A stretch of 64,000 nt of DNA, from positions 110,194 through 174,193 of the IMG/VR virus record IMGVR_UViG_3300036802_000112, one strand, 5' to 3'. This stretch comes from a virus (taxonomy: Duplodnaviria; Caudoviricetes). The position numbers were made by a program, and so were the translations under genes. The notes under the pieces are model-generated. The model was not told where the DNA came from and searched no databases. It was given only the letters and a program-made list of their open reading frames with translations. Position 1 is the stretch's first letter. Each line of letters opens with the position of its first letter. Shown in pieces: positions 1 through 9,000 of the stretch.

Positions 1-1
1 T

Positions 2-268
2 TATAATATGGTATTGGAACATAGATTAACAGAACTACAGGCCACGTTATATCCAGATGATGTTTATGAAGGGAAGCCAGGACAAGCGTATTCTCCAACC
101 GTCCTTCCTGATTACGTGACAGCAGATTTACAGCAATACATACATATGGAGCCTGTAACTTTAGAAGACGTAGAATCATGTTTAGAATGTTATCACTTGT
201 TCTTCATTAGGGAAGAAAGAGATTATCAAAATGAATATATTAACCCAATTATATTAGAGGTGTGGTAG
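2..268 (+). CDS. EVW-family acidic protein #1 (probably 5'-truncated by window edge)
   Basis: Frame is open from position 2; ends ...EDVESCLECYHLFF...YINPIILEVW*. Confidence 0.8.
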   Translation, partial: YNMVLEHRLTELQATLYPDDVYEGKPGQAYSPTVLPDYVTADLQQYIHMEPVTLEDVESCLECYHLFFIREERDYQNEYINPIILEVW

Positions 269-280
269 GGAGAGAATATT

Positions 281-682
281 ATGTTGCCAAACGTGTTAGT
301 TGAACATTCGGAGTTGTTAATTAATGATATGCAAATGTTTATATTTCAAGAATATAAATTGATTTGGGATGAATGTATATCGAAACGAAGAACGGAAGTT
401 CCTTCAATATATACGATTGCAGAACGCATTTACGAGGTTCTACAAGACAAAATCACAAAGCTGCTACAGGCTAAGTATACATTTAATATCGATAACTTCA
501 ACGAAGAAGATTTCCAAAAAACCGTGGCAATATATTCATTTTGGTTTGACCAAAAGACAGAAGGTAATGATTACATATTTGAATCTTTACTTCATGAAAT
601 GACTAAATTTTTCTGTTTGCATCAATTATTTCACGAAAGGGATGGGGAGTTAATAAATCAACCTATCTTGGAGGTGTGGTGA
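281..682 (+). CDS. EVW-family acidic protein #2
   Basis: GGAGAG RBS; ends LINQPILEVW*. Confidence 0.85.
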   Translation: MLPNVLVEHSELLINDMQMFIFQEYKLIWDECISKRRTEVPSIYTIAERIYEVLQDKITKLLQAKYTFNIDNFNEEDFQKTVAIYSFWFDQKTEGNDYIFESLLHEMTKFFCLHQLFHERDGELINQPILEVW

Positions 683-684
683 TA

Positions 685-1050
685 TTGTATGAACTGATAA
701 ACCCATTGGATGTTATCGGTAACTTAGCTTATGTAGCGCTTAATTCAACGTATTTATTTATCGTTTCGGAAAGATGTTATAACCCAAATCATATACCTAC
801 GATTGAAATGATTCACAATCACTTTGTGGATCATTTCATTCAAGAGTTAGTGTTAGAAGTTATACAAAGAGAAAGTTTCGAAACATTAGGTGCTGATGAT
901 TTAGACGACTTCTTACATCAAGTTAAGAACAAAAAATACCATCCGTTTATACCTGACATTATTGAACTACGAAATATGTTAGAAGCATGTTATATGACTT
1001 TTATAGAGGACGGTGAAGTTCATAATCCAATTATTGTGGAGGTGTGGTGA
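685..1050 (+). CDS. EVW-family acidic protein #3
   Basis: Probable TTG start (MYEL) 8 nt after GGAGGTG at 670-676; ends VHNPIIVEVW*. Confidence 0.85.
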   Translation: MYELINPLDVIGNLAYVALNSTYLFIVSERCYNPNHIPTIEMIHNHFVDHFIQELVLEVIQRESFETLGADDLDDFLHQVKNKKYHPFIPDIIELRNMLEACYMTFIEDGEVHNPIIVEVW

Positions 1051-1469
1051 TGTATCAACTTATACATCAGAATGACCGGAAAAAGAGCGCTTTAGAAGAA
1101 TCAGCAGAAGCCATATTTTATTCAGTATACGGAGAGTTAGGAGAAGCAATACTGGATGAATTGTTTGGAGATTACCCGTATATCTTTATAGGGGATTTAG
1201 TAGATAAAGTGTATCAAGAATTGTATTTCGAGGAATACACAAACTTAATAGATGAATCAATCTTGAGAGGTGATCACGAAATATATGCACTATCAAAAGA
1301 TGATTATACATTACAAGTATACGGAGGAAATATCGGTTTATATTATGAACCTGCTTTTGAAGTGTCTGATATAAAAACAATGATAAGTCAAATGTTGTGC
1401 GAACAGAACATAGCATACTTAGATTATGACTTCACGATGCAAAATGAAATTATATTAGAGGTGTGGTAA
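1050..1469 (+). CDS. EVW-family acidic protein #4
   Basis: TGATG overlap; starts MYQL; ends MQNEIILEVW*. Confidence 0.85.
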   Translation: MYQLIHQNDRKKSALEESAEAIFYSVYGELGEAILDELFGDYPYIFIGDLVDKVYQELYFEEYTNLIDESILRGDHEIYALSKDDYTLQVYGGNIGLYYEPAFEVSDIKTMISQMLCEQNIAYLDYDFTMQNEIILEVW

Positions 1470-1933
1470 TGGTCAATGTAAATGAATTAATGCTTATGAA
1501 TCCAGATGACATTGTAGGTATTATGGATGCTATGAATTTAATAACAAAGGAGACATTCGATAGGTTCGTCACGTTATTAACACATTGGTACAAAAGAGAA
1601 TCACTGATGGAAGATAACATTCCAAATTTATTTCCAATCTTCCAGATGACAGATCCAATCATAGACGACTTATGCGAAATATTTATAGAGAGTATAGGGT
1701 GGAGGGAGTTGGGAGAACAACAGATGACTCATGAATTCGAACGGAATCCGGAAGACAAACTAATTATCAAGAATCAATTTGTCGATGGTTACGATTCGGT
1801 ATATTCAACAAACATGGTCAGGGATACAGAACGAGTTTTTAATTCTATGAACCTTGTACATAGATGGGATTCTACATATGTAGGAGGTAAAGATAACTTA
1901 GTAACAGGAGGAGTTGTATTAGAAGTATGGTAG
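1469..1933 (+). CDS. EVW-family acidic protein #5
   Basis: TAATG overlap; HWY...IPNLF motif; ends TGGVVLEVW*. Confidence 0.85.
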   Translation: MVNVNELMLMNPDDIVGIMDAMNLITKETFDRFVTLLTHWYKRESLMEDNIPNLFPIFQMTDPIIDDLCEIFIESIGWRELGEQQMTHEFERNPEDKLIIKNQFVDGYDSVYSTNMVRDTERVFNSMNLVHRWDSTYVGGKDNLVTGGVVLEVW

Positions 1934-2364
1934 GTACATATGCATTATCAGTAGAAACGGAAGAAATAGAATACGATGTAATCAAACCACAATACGTATC
2001 ATGGTTTGAAAGGGTAATTATGAATTGGTATCAAGAGTTCGGTAGGTTAACCCCCAAATACCTACCGACTGTTGTGGATATTTTAGATGATAGCCTTCAT
2101 CCAATAGGTGGAACTGCATCAGAAGCATTCGCTCTTTTAGAACAATCTGTTCAAGTTGAGTTTTGTGGTATTGATACATTTCCAGAAGACTTAGGGAATT
2201 GGACAGATGACCACTACTTATACTTTGAAGACCAAGTGGATTTAACTGATTACGAAGTAGATTTATTTAAAGATATAGAGAAACTGTTAGAAACGAAAGG
2301 ATTAACATACTCTAGATATAACCCCGAAACAGCGCAAGTATCAAGTGTAATCGAGGTGTGGTAA
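1927..2364 (+). CDS. EVW-family acidic protein #6
   Basis: Starts MVGTYAL; NWY...LPT; KDIEKLLETKGLTY; ends SSVIEVW*. Confidence 0.85.
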   Translation: MVGTYALSVETEEIEYDVIKPQYVSWFERVIMNWYQEFGRLTPKYLPTVVDILDDSLHPIGGTASEAFALLEQSVQVEFCGIDTFPEDLGNWTDDHYLYFEDQVDLTDYEVDLFKDIEKLLETKGLTYSRYNPETAQVSSVIEVW

Positions 2365-2813
2365 ATGTATCAATTAGCGGTTAATAATTACAGTGAAGTG
2401 CCATTTAAAATAGTAGATAAGGACCCGGGAACCGTGCAAGAATTCTTCTTTTTAATTTCTGGATTGTATCATGACTATTGTATGTGCAGAGAAGACCTCC
2501 CTAGTCCAAAAGACATGCTAGAAGAAGATCGTAATTTTTATCCAAAATCAAACGAAACAGTAAACGGATTTTTAGATGGTATGATTCATGAAATGATGCA
2601 TAGACGAAATACTTTCTTAGATGATTTTATAGAAGTATTACCAGAAGACGCGGACACTGATTCTTTAGCTGATTTTTTAGATGGATGTTGGGATGATATG
2701 AAGCCTTACTATGAGGATGAAATACGTATCGCATTAGAAGTACTAGGATACGCATATAAAGGCGAATGGGGAGAAGTAAGAAATACTTATGTAATCGAGG
2801 TGTGGTAAATGTA
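2346..2813 (+). repeat. 24-bp exact direct repeat TGTAATCGAGGTGTGGTAAATGTA flanking EVW gene #7
   Basis: Identical at 2346-2369 and 2790-2813. Confidence 0.95.
2365..2808 (+). CDS. EVW-family acidic protein #7
   Basis: Starts MYQL directly after TAA; ends VRNTYVIEVW*. Confidence 0.85.
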   Translation: MYQLAVNNYSEVPFKIVDKDPGTVQEFFFLISGLYHDYCMCREDLPSPKDMLEEDRNFYPKSNETVNGFLDGMIHEMMHRRNTFLDDFIEVLPEDADTDSLADFLDGCWDDMKPYYEDEIRIALEVLGYAYKGEWGEVRNTYVIEVW

Positions 2814-3177
2814 CGAGATACAAAAGACAGAGGTAGAATTCATCTTTGTGCCGGATGATTTCTACCACACTTTTAAAGATGTTATAAAAACGTGGTATGA
2901 AAATTTCGAATACTGTTTCCCGACACGGATACCAGAGGCACAAATATTTAGTATGGACTACCAAATTGGTTTCGAATTTGAAAGTGGCTTAATATGGTTT
3001 GCAGGTGCAATATTAGAAATTGCGGAACCAGACAATGAATTTGCTTCCATGCATGATTTAAGTGTAATGGAACAGATGTGGTTCGAAGAGGATATGCGTA
3101 CATTATTAGATGCAGAAAGTATCACTTATATGTACGACGGTGAACTTAAAAATAGTGTTATTTTGGAGGTATGGTAG
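2809..3177 (+). CDS. EVW-family acidic protein #8
   Basis: Starts MYEI; ends LKNSVILEVW*. Confidence 0.85.
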   Translation: MYEIQKTEVEFIFVPDDFYHTFKDVIKTWYENFEYCFPTRIPEAQIFSMDYQIGFEFESGLIWFAGAILEIAEPDNEFASMHDLSVMEQMWFEEDMRTLLDAESITYMYDGELKNSVILEVW

Positions 3178-3179
3178 GT

Positions 3180-3713
3180 ATGTATTTAAGTACAGAAGTA
3201 GCAAATCATGAATTTCAATTTTTCTGTTTAGAAACAAATTCAATAGAAGAAATCACGAAAGATCTTAGAGAAGTTTATAAGGCGATTGTGAAAGAGACTG
3301 ATAATGTACCAAACTTATTCGATATCAGATTGTATAGTTCAAACTTAATCAACTACGTCTTTTTTGAAAGAATCGCCTTAGGGAAGGAAAGTGCCTTAGA
3401 TTATTATACAGACGGAGAAGGTATTATAGAACACATACAAGATATCATGAAAAGCTATTCGAAAGAAGAATTTCATCATGGAATCGAAAGGTGTATACAA
3501 GAATTCCCAACATTAGAATCTACCGAGGATATAATAGAACTTTTCATGGTTGACGCTTTATATATATTCAATCTGAATCAGTGGAGGTACCACGATATAG
3601 AATGGTATCCTGCTTACAACATGTTGCTGCTATCGGATAAATTAGGAGACATTTTGAATTCGCAGGGTAAGGTAGAATTCGATGTTAACAATCCAATGAT
3701 AGAGGTGTGGTGA
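3180..3713 (+). CDS. EVW-family acidic protein #9
   Basis: ATG at 3180 (MYLS) after GGAGGT; VPNLF motif; ends VNNPMIEVW*. Confidence 0.85.
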   Translation: MYLSTEVANHEFQFFCLETNSIEEITKDLREVYKAIVKETDNVPNLFDIRLYSSNLINYVFFERIALGKESALDYYTDGEGIIEHIQDIMKSYSKEEFHHGIERCIQEFPTLESTEDIIELFMVDALYIFNLNQWRYHDIEWYPAYNMLLLSDKLGDILNSQGKVEFDVNNPMIEVW

Positions 3714-3714
3714 A

Positions 3715-4200
3715 ATGAATCAATTAACATTACTTTCGGATGTTAATCAAGTTATAGACTTCGACTTTTTCGAACACAAAGGAAATAAGTTGGAAGAATT
3801 CAAAGAAGAATTGTTGGGTTCCTATGAACAAGCTTGTGAGTATTGGGTTTATGATGAAGGAGAAGAACAACTTCCCACGCTTTCTGTTATAGGCGATATA
3901 GCTTGCAGGATGTATGTAGAAGAAATTGTGTTTAAATGTTATGCAGATGGATCTATAGCAGGGAATATAGATGTCAGAGAAAATATAGATGAACATCAAT
4001 GCGACCAATTAGATGAAATACAAGACTCTATCCATGATGAGTTCCATCATAATAGAAGTTTCGGAATGGGTATCGGTAACATAAGAGATTACTTCAATGA
4101 CATCGAAAAGTTATTGAACTTATGTAACTTAACATATAGAAAGGATGATGATAGAGCGAATATATGCAACGTTAATTCACATGTTGTGGAGGTTTGGTGA
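3715..4200 (+). CDS. EVW-family acidic protein #10
   Basis: Starts MNQL; NDIEKLLNLCNLTY; ends VNSHVVEVW*. Confidence 0.85.
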   Translation: MNQLTLLSDVNQVIDFDFFEHKGNKLEEFKEELLGSYEQACEYWVYDEGEEQLPTLSVIGDIACRMYVEEIVFKCYADGSIAGNIDVRENIDEHQCDQLDEIQDSIHDEFHHNRSFGMGIGNIRDYFNDIEKLLNLCNLTYRKDDDRANICNVNSHVVEVW

Positions 4201-4667
4201 TGTATCAATTACAGACTGATGTAAAGGAGTTTCCGTTACATTTTATACCGAAAGAAAAAACAGAAGCATTCATTAAGGCAATACTGTCTGCATACAAACG
4301 TATATATACAGTTATGAGTAAAGTGAGTGGAGTGAATTCATTCCATTACATAGAACCCTGGGGAGACATTGGCGTCTTTCTAGGGGATTTTTATGTAATG
4401 GGATGTTGCTATTACGAGACAGGAGAAGAGTATGCATACGAAAAAGCAGTAGCAAAAATAGATGCTATGGGAGATGATGGCGCATTCGAGTTAAGTGCAA
4501 TGTATAACGACGAGTGTTTTGAAGATTGGAGAAGTGAGTTCATTGATGATATCACAGCGGTTCTAGATATGCACAACTATTCATATTTCGATCCAGCTTC
4601 CGACCCGTACGCTGTCAATCTTGATTGTGTAGAAGTGAACAATACTCATATTATATCAGTATGGTAA
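4200..4667 (+). CDS. EVW-family acidic protein #11 (SVW variant)
   Basis: TGATG overlap; starts MYQL; ends VNNTHIISVW*. Confidence 0.85.
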   Translation: MYQLQTDVKEFPLHFIPKEKTEAFIKAILSAYKRIYTVMSKVSGVNSFHYIEPWGDIGVFLGDFYVMGCCYYETGEEYAYEKAVAKIDAMGDDGAFELSAMYNDECFEDWRSEFIDDITAVLDMHNYSYFDPASDPYAVNLDCVEVNNTHIISVW

Positions 4668-4681
4668 AGGAGAAGATAAAG

Positions 4682-5155
4682 ATGCAACAATTTATGTTAC
4701 CACAAAACTATGTTAGAGGTTATGATAACGCCCCTTATCGTTTGATATTCAATGTTCCAGAAGATGAGTTTAGAAAAGTTATGCGAGATATTTATATAGC
4801 TACTCACACAACGAACAGACCACCATACTTCGAAAGAATTTTATCGGAGCTTATTGAGATAGGTATGTTCTCTCGTGTGTTCTTAGAATACGCCAAAGAG
4901 AATCCTGAAAAATTCGATATGTCTATAAAACGCATAGATGAATTATATTATTGGGTGGTGGAGAAAGGTGTGAATGATGAATCAATTACACAAGAATTAT
5001 TAAGTTTTGCAGGGTATTACTTCTGCGAAGAGTTCGAAAACGATATCCGTATCTTCTTGAACGATTTTAATTACAGTTTTTTAGAAAGAGATTATCACCA
5101 TCAACATGCGGATGAAGCTGCAATTAGAAACTCATGTATTATCCCTGTTTGGTGA
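4682..5155 (+). CDS. EVW-family acidic protein #12 (PVW variant)
   Basis: Own AAGGAG RBS, ATG at 4682 (MQQFML); NDIRIFLNDFNYSF; ends IRNSCIIPVW*. Confidence 0.8.
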   Translation: MQQFMLPQNYVRGYDNAPYRLIFNVPEDEFRKVMRDIYIATHTTNRPPYFERILSELIEIGMFSRVFLEYAKENPEKFDMSIKRIDELYYWVVEKGVNDESITQELLSFAGYYFCEEFENDIRIFLNDFNYSFLERDYHHQHADEAAIRNSCIIPVW

Positions 5156-5204
5156 TATGTGAGTTTTTCTTTTTTAGTAGTGCACAGAGAAGGGGTCTTG
5201 CAAA

Positions 5205-5996
5205 ATGACATTAGCAATTAAAGACAGTAAATGGATTAAGCGTTTTGACGTCGCTAAACTATTAGAGGATTCTTTAGACATGTCGTATTGGAAAGGGGAT
5301 GATTGTACAAAAGGAGTTTTCTTTACAGATGAATACGGTTACGCATTAAATAAAGTAGTAGCTATACGAGTTCATCATGACGAAGATGCTCCAGAAGTCT
5401 TCTACTCATTTAATGAGAAGGATGACGAAGAATGTGGACCAGTCGTAACAGAGTATCCATATGAAGAGTTATCGTTATTACCTCGTAAACATCATTTACT
5501 ATTTGAGGATACAAAAGTAGAGAAGAAAAATCTAGACAAAGTATTCGAAAGAAAAGAGGTGTTAAAATCAATTCAAATTGAACCGAAAACAATTGTGGAG
5601 AAGATCGAAGAGGAAATTCCAAATAAACGTCAACGTGATCGAACACAGTTGAAAATAAAGGTTCGGGATAACGAAGTGTTGTTTGAAGCACATAAGAAAA
5701 AGAAAGTTACTTTTTCGGAAATCATTAAGTATGATACAATTACAACGCGAGACATTATTGAACTACAACAACCTACATATGATTTAAGTCATTGGGAGAC
5801 AGATAAAAAGACCAATGAAATAAACGGGGCAATCAATGCACATACGTTATGCTATTTACTTCATGTGTTTCAGGATTTTAATTCTGTATTTTTGCACTTT
5901 GAAGAAAATAGAGTTTTTATCGTAGGTAATCCAAATGATGTTAATATAAATGGAACGCCTACAATAGAAGTCGTTGTTAGTTTAATGAAGCTTTAA
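5205..5996 (+). CDS. Hypothetical protein, possibly a divergent sliding-clamp (DnaN-like) protein
   Basis: C-terminus AINAHTLCYLLHVF...VFLHF...VVVSLMKL resembles the beta-clamp C-terminal domain pattern; adjacent to primase-helicase. Confidence 0.35.
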   Translation: MTLAIKDSKWIKRFDVAKLLEDSLDMSYWKGDDCTKGVFFTDEYGYALNKVVAIRVHHDEDAPEVFYSFNEKDDEECGPVVTEYPYEELSLLPRKHHLLFEDTKVEKKNLDKVFERKEVLKSIQIEPKTIVEKIEEEIPNKRQRDRTQLKIKVRDNEVLFEAHKKKKVTFSEIIKYDTITTRDIIELQQPTYDLSHWETDKKTNEINGAINAHTLCYLLHVFQDFNSVFLHFEENRVFIVGNPNDVNINGTPTIEVVVSLMKL

Positions 5997-6019
5997 TGTG
6001 TTTTAGAGGAGGAAATGGT

Positions 6020-9000
6020 GTGAGTTGGTACAGTAAGGTTAATAAATATATAGATGATAACTTAATGGATTTCATCAAAGAGTTCTTCGGAGCGAATGCA
6101 AATACAGAGAAAATCGCCAGAGCTATTCGTGTTAGTCCTGCGCCATGTTGTGGTCATAACGATTGTTTCTCATTCGCAACTGAGAAAAATGCATTCAACT
6201 GTTTCTCTTGTAGAAAAAGCGGCAACAGAATTAAATCGTTGCAATACTTATTCGGTAATGAAAAAGACGCGAATAAGGCACTTTCTAAATGGGCAGGCGT
6301 TGAGTACCTAGAAGATCGTGTATATGACGAACAAACGAGAAAGAAAATGGAGAAGGAAGAAAGACTGCAAGAGTTATATAGAATTGCTATTCTCCATTAC
6401 ACGTTCCAAATGCAAGACGAAACGGAATCTACGGCTTTAGCTATGCAAACAGGGAAAGAGCATGGTTGTCGTAAACACCAACTTGATTTCCTAAAGAAAT
6501 ATAAAGTTGGGTATTCAAGTGGTTGGGACTTCCTTCGCAATGCATTAGAAAAATCACCGAAGGGCTTCACAAAAGAAGAAATAGAAGAAGCGAAAAGTTT
6601 CATCTCTATTCCAGAAGGATACTTTGTTTACCCTTATTATGATAAAGCAGGAAACTTAATTCGTATCAATACTAAATTGTTCGAAAGAAAATGTTTAGGT
6701 TCTTACGATAGAGATACAGGAAGGTATGGTTACGATTGTGGCTATAGAACAAAAGACCTTTCCAAGAAATCACGAGAAACACATGAGCATCTAAAGAAAC
6801 ATAAGATGGCCGGAGATGGTTTTTCACGCGGTGAGAAAACAAATGCATTTTACTTTGATCCAGAATCTATACAAAGAAAGCGATTCGCTATTCTTGTGGA
6901 AGGTGAAAATGATGTAATCTCGGCTGACGAAGAAATGGCAAATCTCCCTGAAAGTTATCGAAGAGATTTCGCTATCATCGGTTTAGGCGGTCAAATGGAT
7001 GAAGAAAGTTTTGAGAGTCTATTCCTTCGTCAATTCGAAAAGATTTATGAGTGTTTCGACCACGACGATGCAGGAGATAAATACAGAAATTTGTTAGATG
7101 AAAAACTACCTGACGTTCCTGTATACTCTATCCTATTCGATGACGATATCAATGATATCGATGCATGGCTTAAATCTCATTTGTATAATCCAGGTGATTT
7201 CAAAGATGCTATTGATAATGCAGCGTACAGAGATACAAAGCATTATATCATCGAACGAGAAACATCAAAGCACCATTGGAGATTAAAGAACAGACAATTC
7301 GAAATTACTTTCGATGTTTCCAAAGCGAATCATCAGAAAGGTACCATTGATGGAACAATCAGTGTTTACAAAGGCGGTCAACCTACGTTCAAGAAAACTG
7401 GAGATTTAATGAACACGAAGATTGACCCAGCTTTAAACACAACAAAATTGTTATTCGCAGAAGAAGTAGATAAGTATTACAACGATGTTGAGATGGTAGC
7501 GGATAAACCGAAGCGTTCGTATTGGGAACTGATTAATATATTTAAATACACAAGTAAACAAAACCAAGTCATTAGACAGTTAGCTTGGTACTTACATCAG
7601 AAAGATATAAAAGAATTCCAAGCTGCAGCATCAAAACTAGGTGCGTTAGGTCAAGAAGTGAAGGCACAAATTCTACAAGAAGTAAATTCTATAGAAAACC
7701 AACAGTTCGACCCAAACATTACACCGCCAATTATTACGTTATCTCAGTTCTTTAACATTCCAAACAATGACGCTTTCTTCTACTTCTCGAAAATTATTAA
7801 TGAAGAAGATGTTACGAAAGCTGTTCCTTGTTTAATAACAAACAAGAAAGAAGAAATCCGTTTGGACCTGATGAAGAAGAGTGATCCGCAAAGTATCTTG
7901 CTGATTAAAAATAAATATCAACTTCCAACTGAAGTTCCGATAACAATCATGAACCAAAATGAAGTTTCTTTACAACGTTATTGGGTAGAACGTTGGAAGA
8001 ATGAACAATTAGATCCTGCGGAGTATGACCCGTCTAAATTAATTAAAGAAATTGAAGATTTCATTAGAGGTTCGTATTACCTGCATGATGATACGTTAAA
8101 AGTATTATCGTTATGGATCTATTCAACATATTTCTATATGTTATTCCAAAGCGGATTCCCTTACTTATTAATCACCGGGGAAAAAGGAACGGGTAAATCA
8201 ACTGCCGATTTCCTAATCTACTTGTTATCTCTTAATCCTAAGTTTGCACTGCACATGTCGGAATCATCATTATTCCGTGCAATCAGTCAGCAGGGCGGAA
8301 CGTTTATCCTGGATGAGTTAGAGAACCTAACAGACAAGAAATCAGTTGATGGAAATGCATTTGCGACAATCCTAAAAGGTGGGTATTCTAACTTCGGTAG
8401 AATTTACAGAACAAATATGGAAAACGGTATTGCGATGATTGAGGAACATTCAGCGTTTGGCCCGAAAGTAATTTCAAACATCAACGGATTAGATGATGTA
8501 ATCGGTGACCGTTGTATCTTCATTAAAACTGCGCGTGCACCGGAATCGAAATTGAAATTCTTGAAAGACCCGCAAATTTATAGAGAGCAAGAACGTTCCA
8601 AAGCACACTCAATCACTTCGAGATGTGTAATATCAGCGTTAGAATACTTCCAAACTGTAAACGAAATTTACAACGATGCAAATAACAAAGTAATGACTGG
8701 TAATGCTCGTCTATCGCAAATCATCTTACCGTTAGTAGCGATGGCTAAATTTGTAGGTGGAGATTACGAAGAAGCTTTAATGCGATTCTACCGCGACGAT
8801 ATCGCACCTGTAAAAGAAGAGTTATCTGTTTCTACACAAGAGGGTATGGTTAAGAACATCTTGAAAATTGTTGCACAAGAGCTTACAGGTATCAGAGAAT
8901 CGAAATGGGCAACGAATGAAAAGATACACACGCATACTGTTCCAATCACATATCATCGTGAAACTGGCATATTTGAAATGGACTTACTGCACTTTATGGT

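Noticed and set aside
1-5155. CRISPR array or integron cassette array, suggested by the recurring GAGGTGTGGT junction
   Set aside because: Repeats are short, degenerate and non-palindromic, and the intervening 370-540 bp are full ORFs. No cas gene, integrase or attC-like structure was seen.
1-5155. EVW as a pure by-product of overlapping SD sequences in unrelated genes
   Set aside because: Conservation extends to the upstream Asn/hydrophobic strand and internal motifs, survives synonymous SD-breaking changes, and persists in the last two genes that do not supply an SD.
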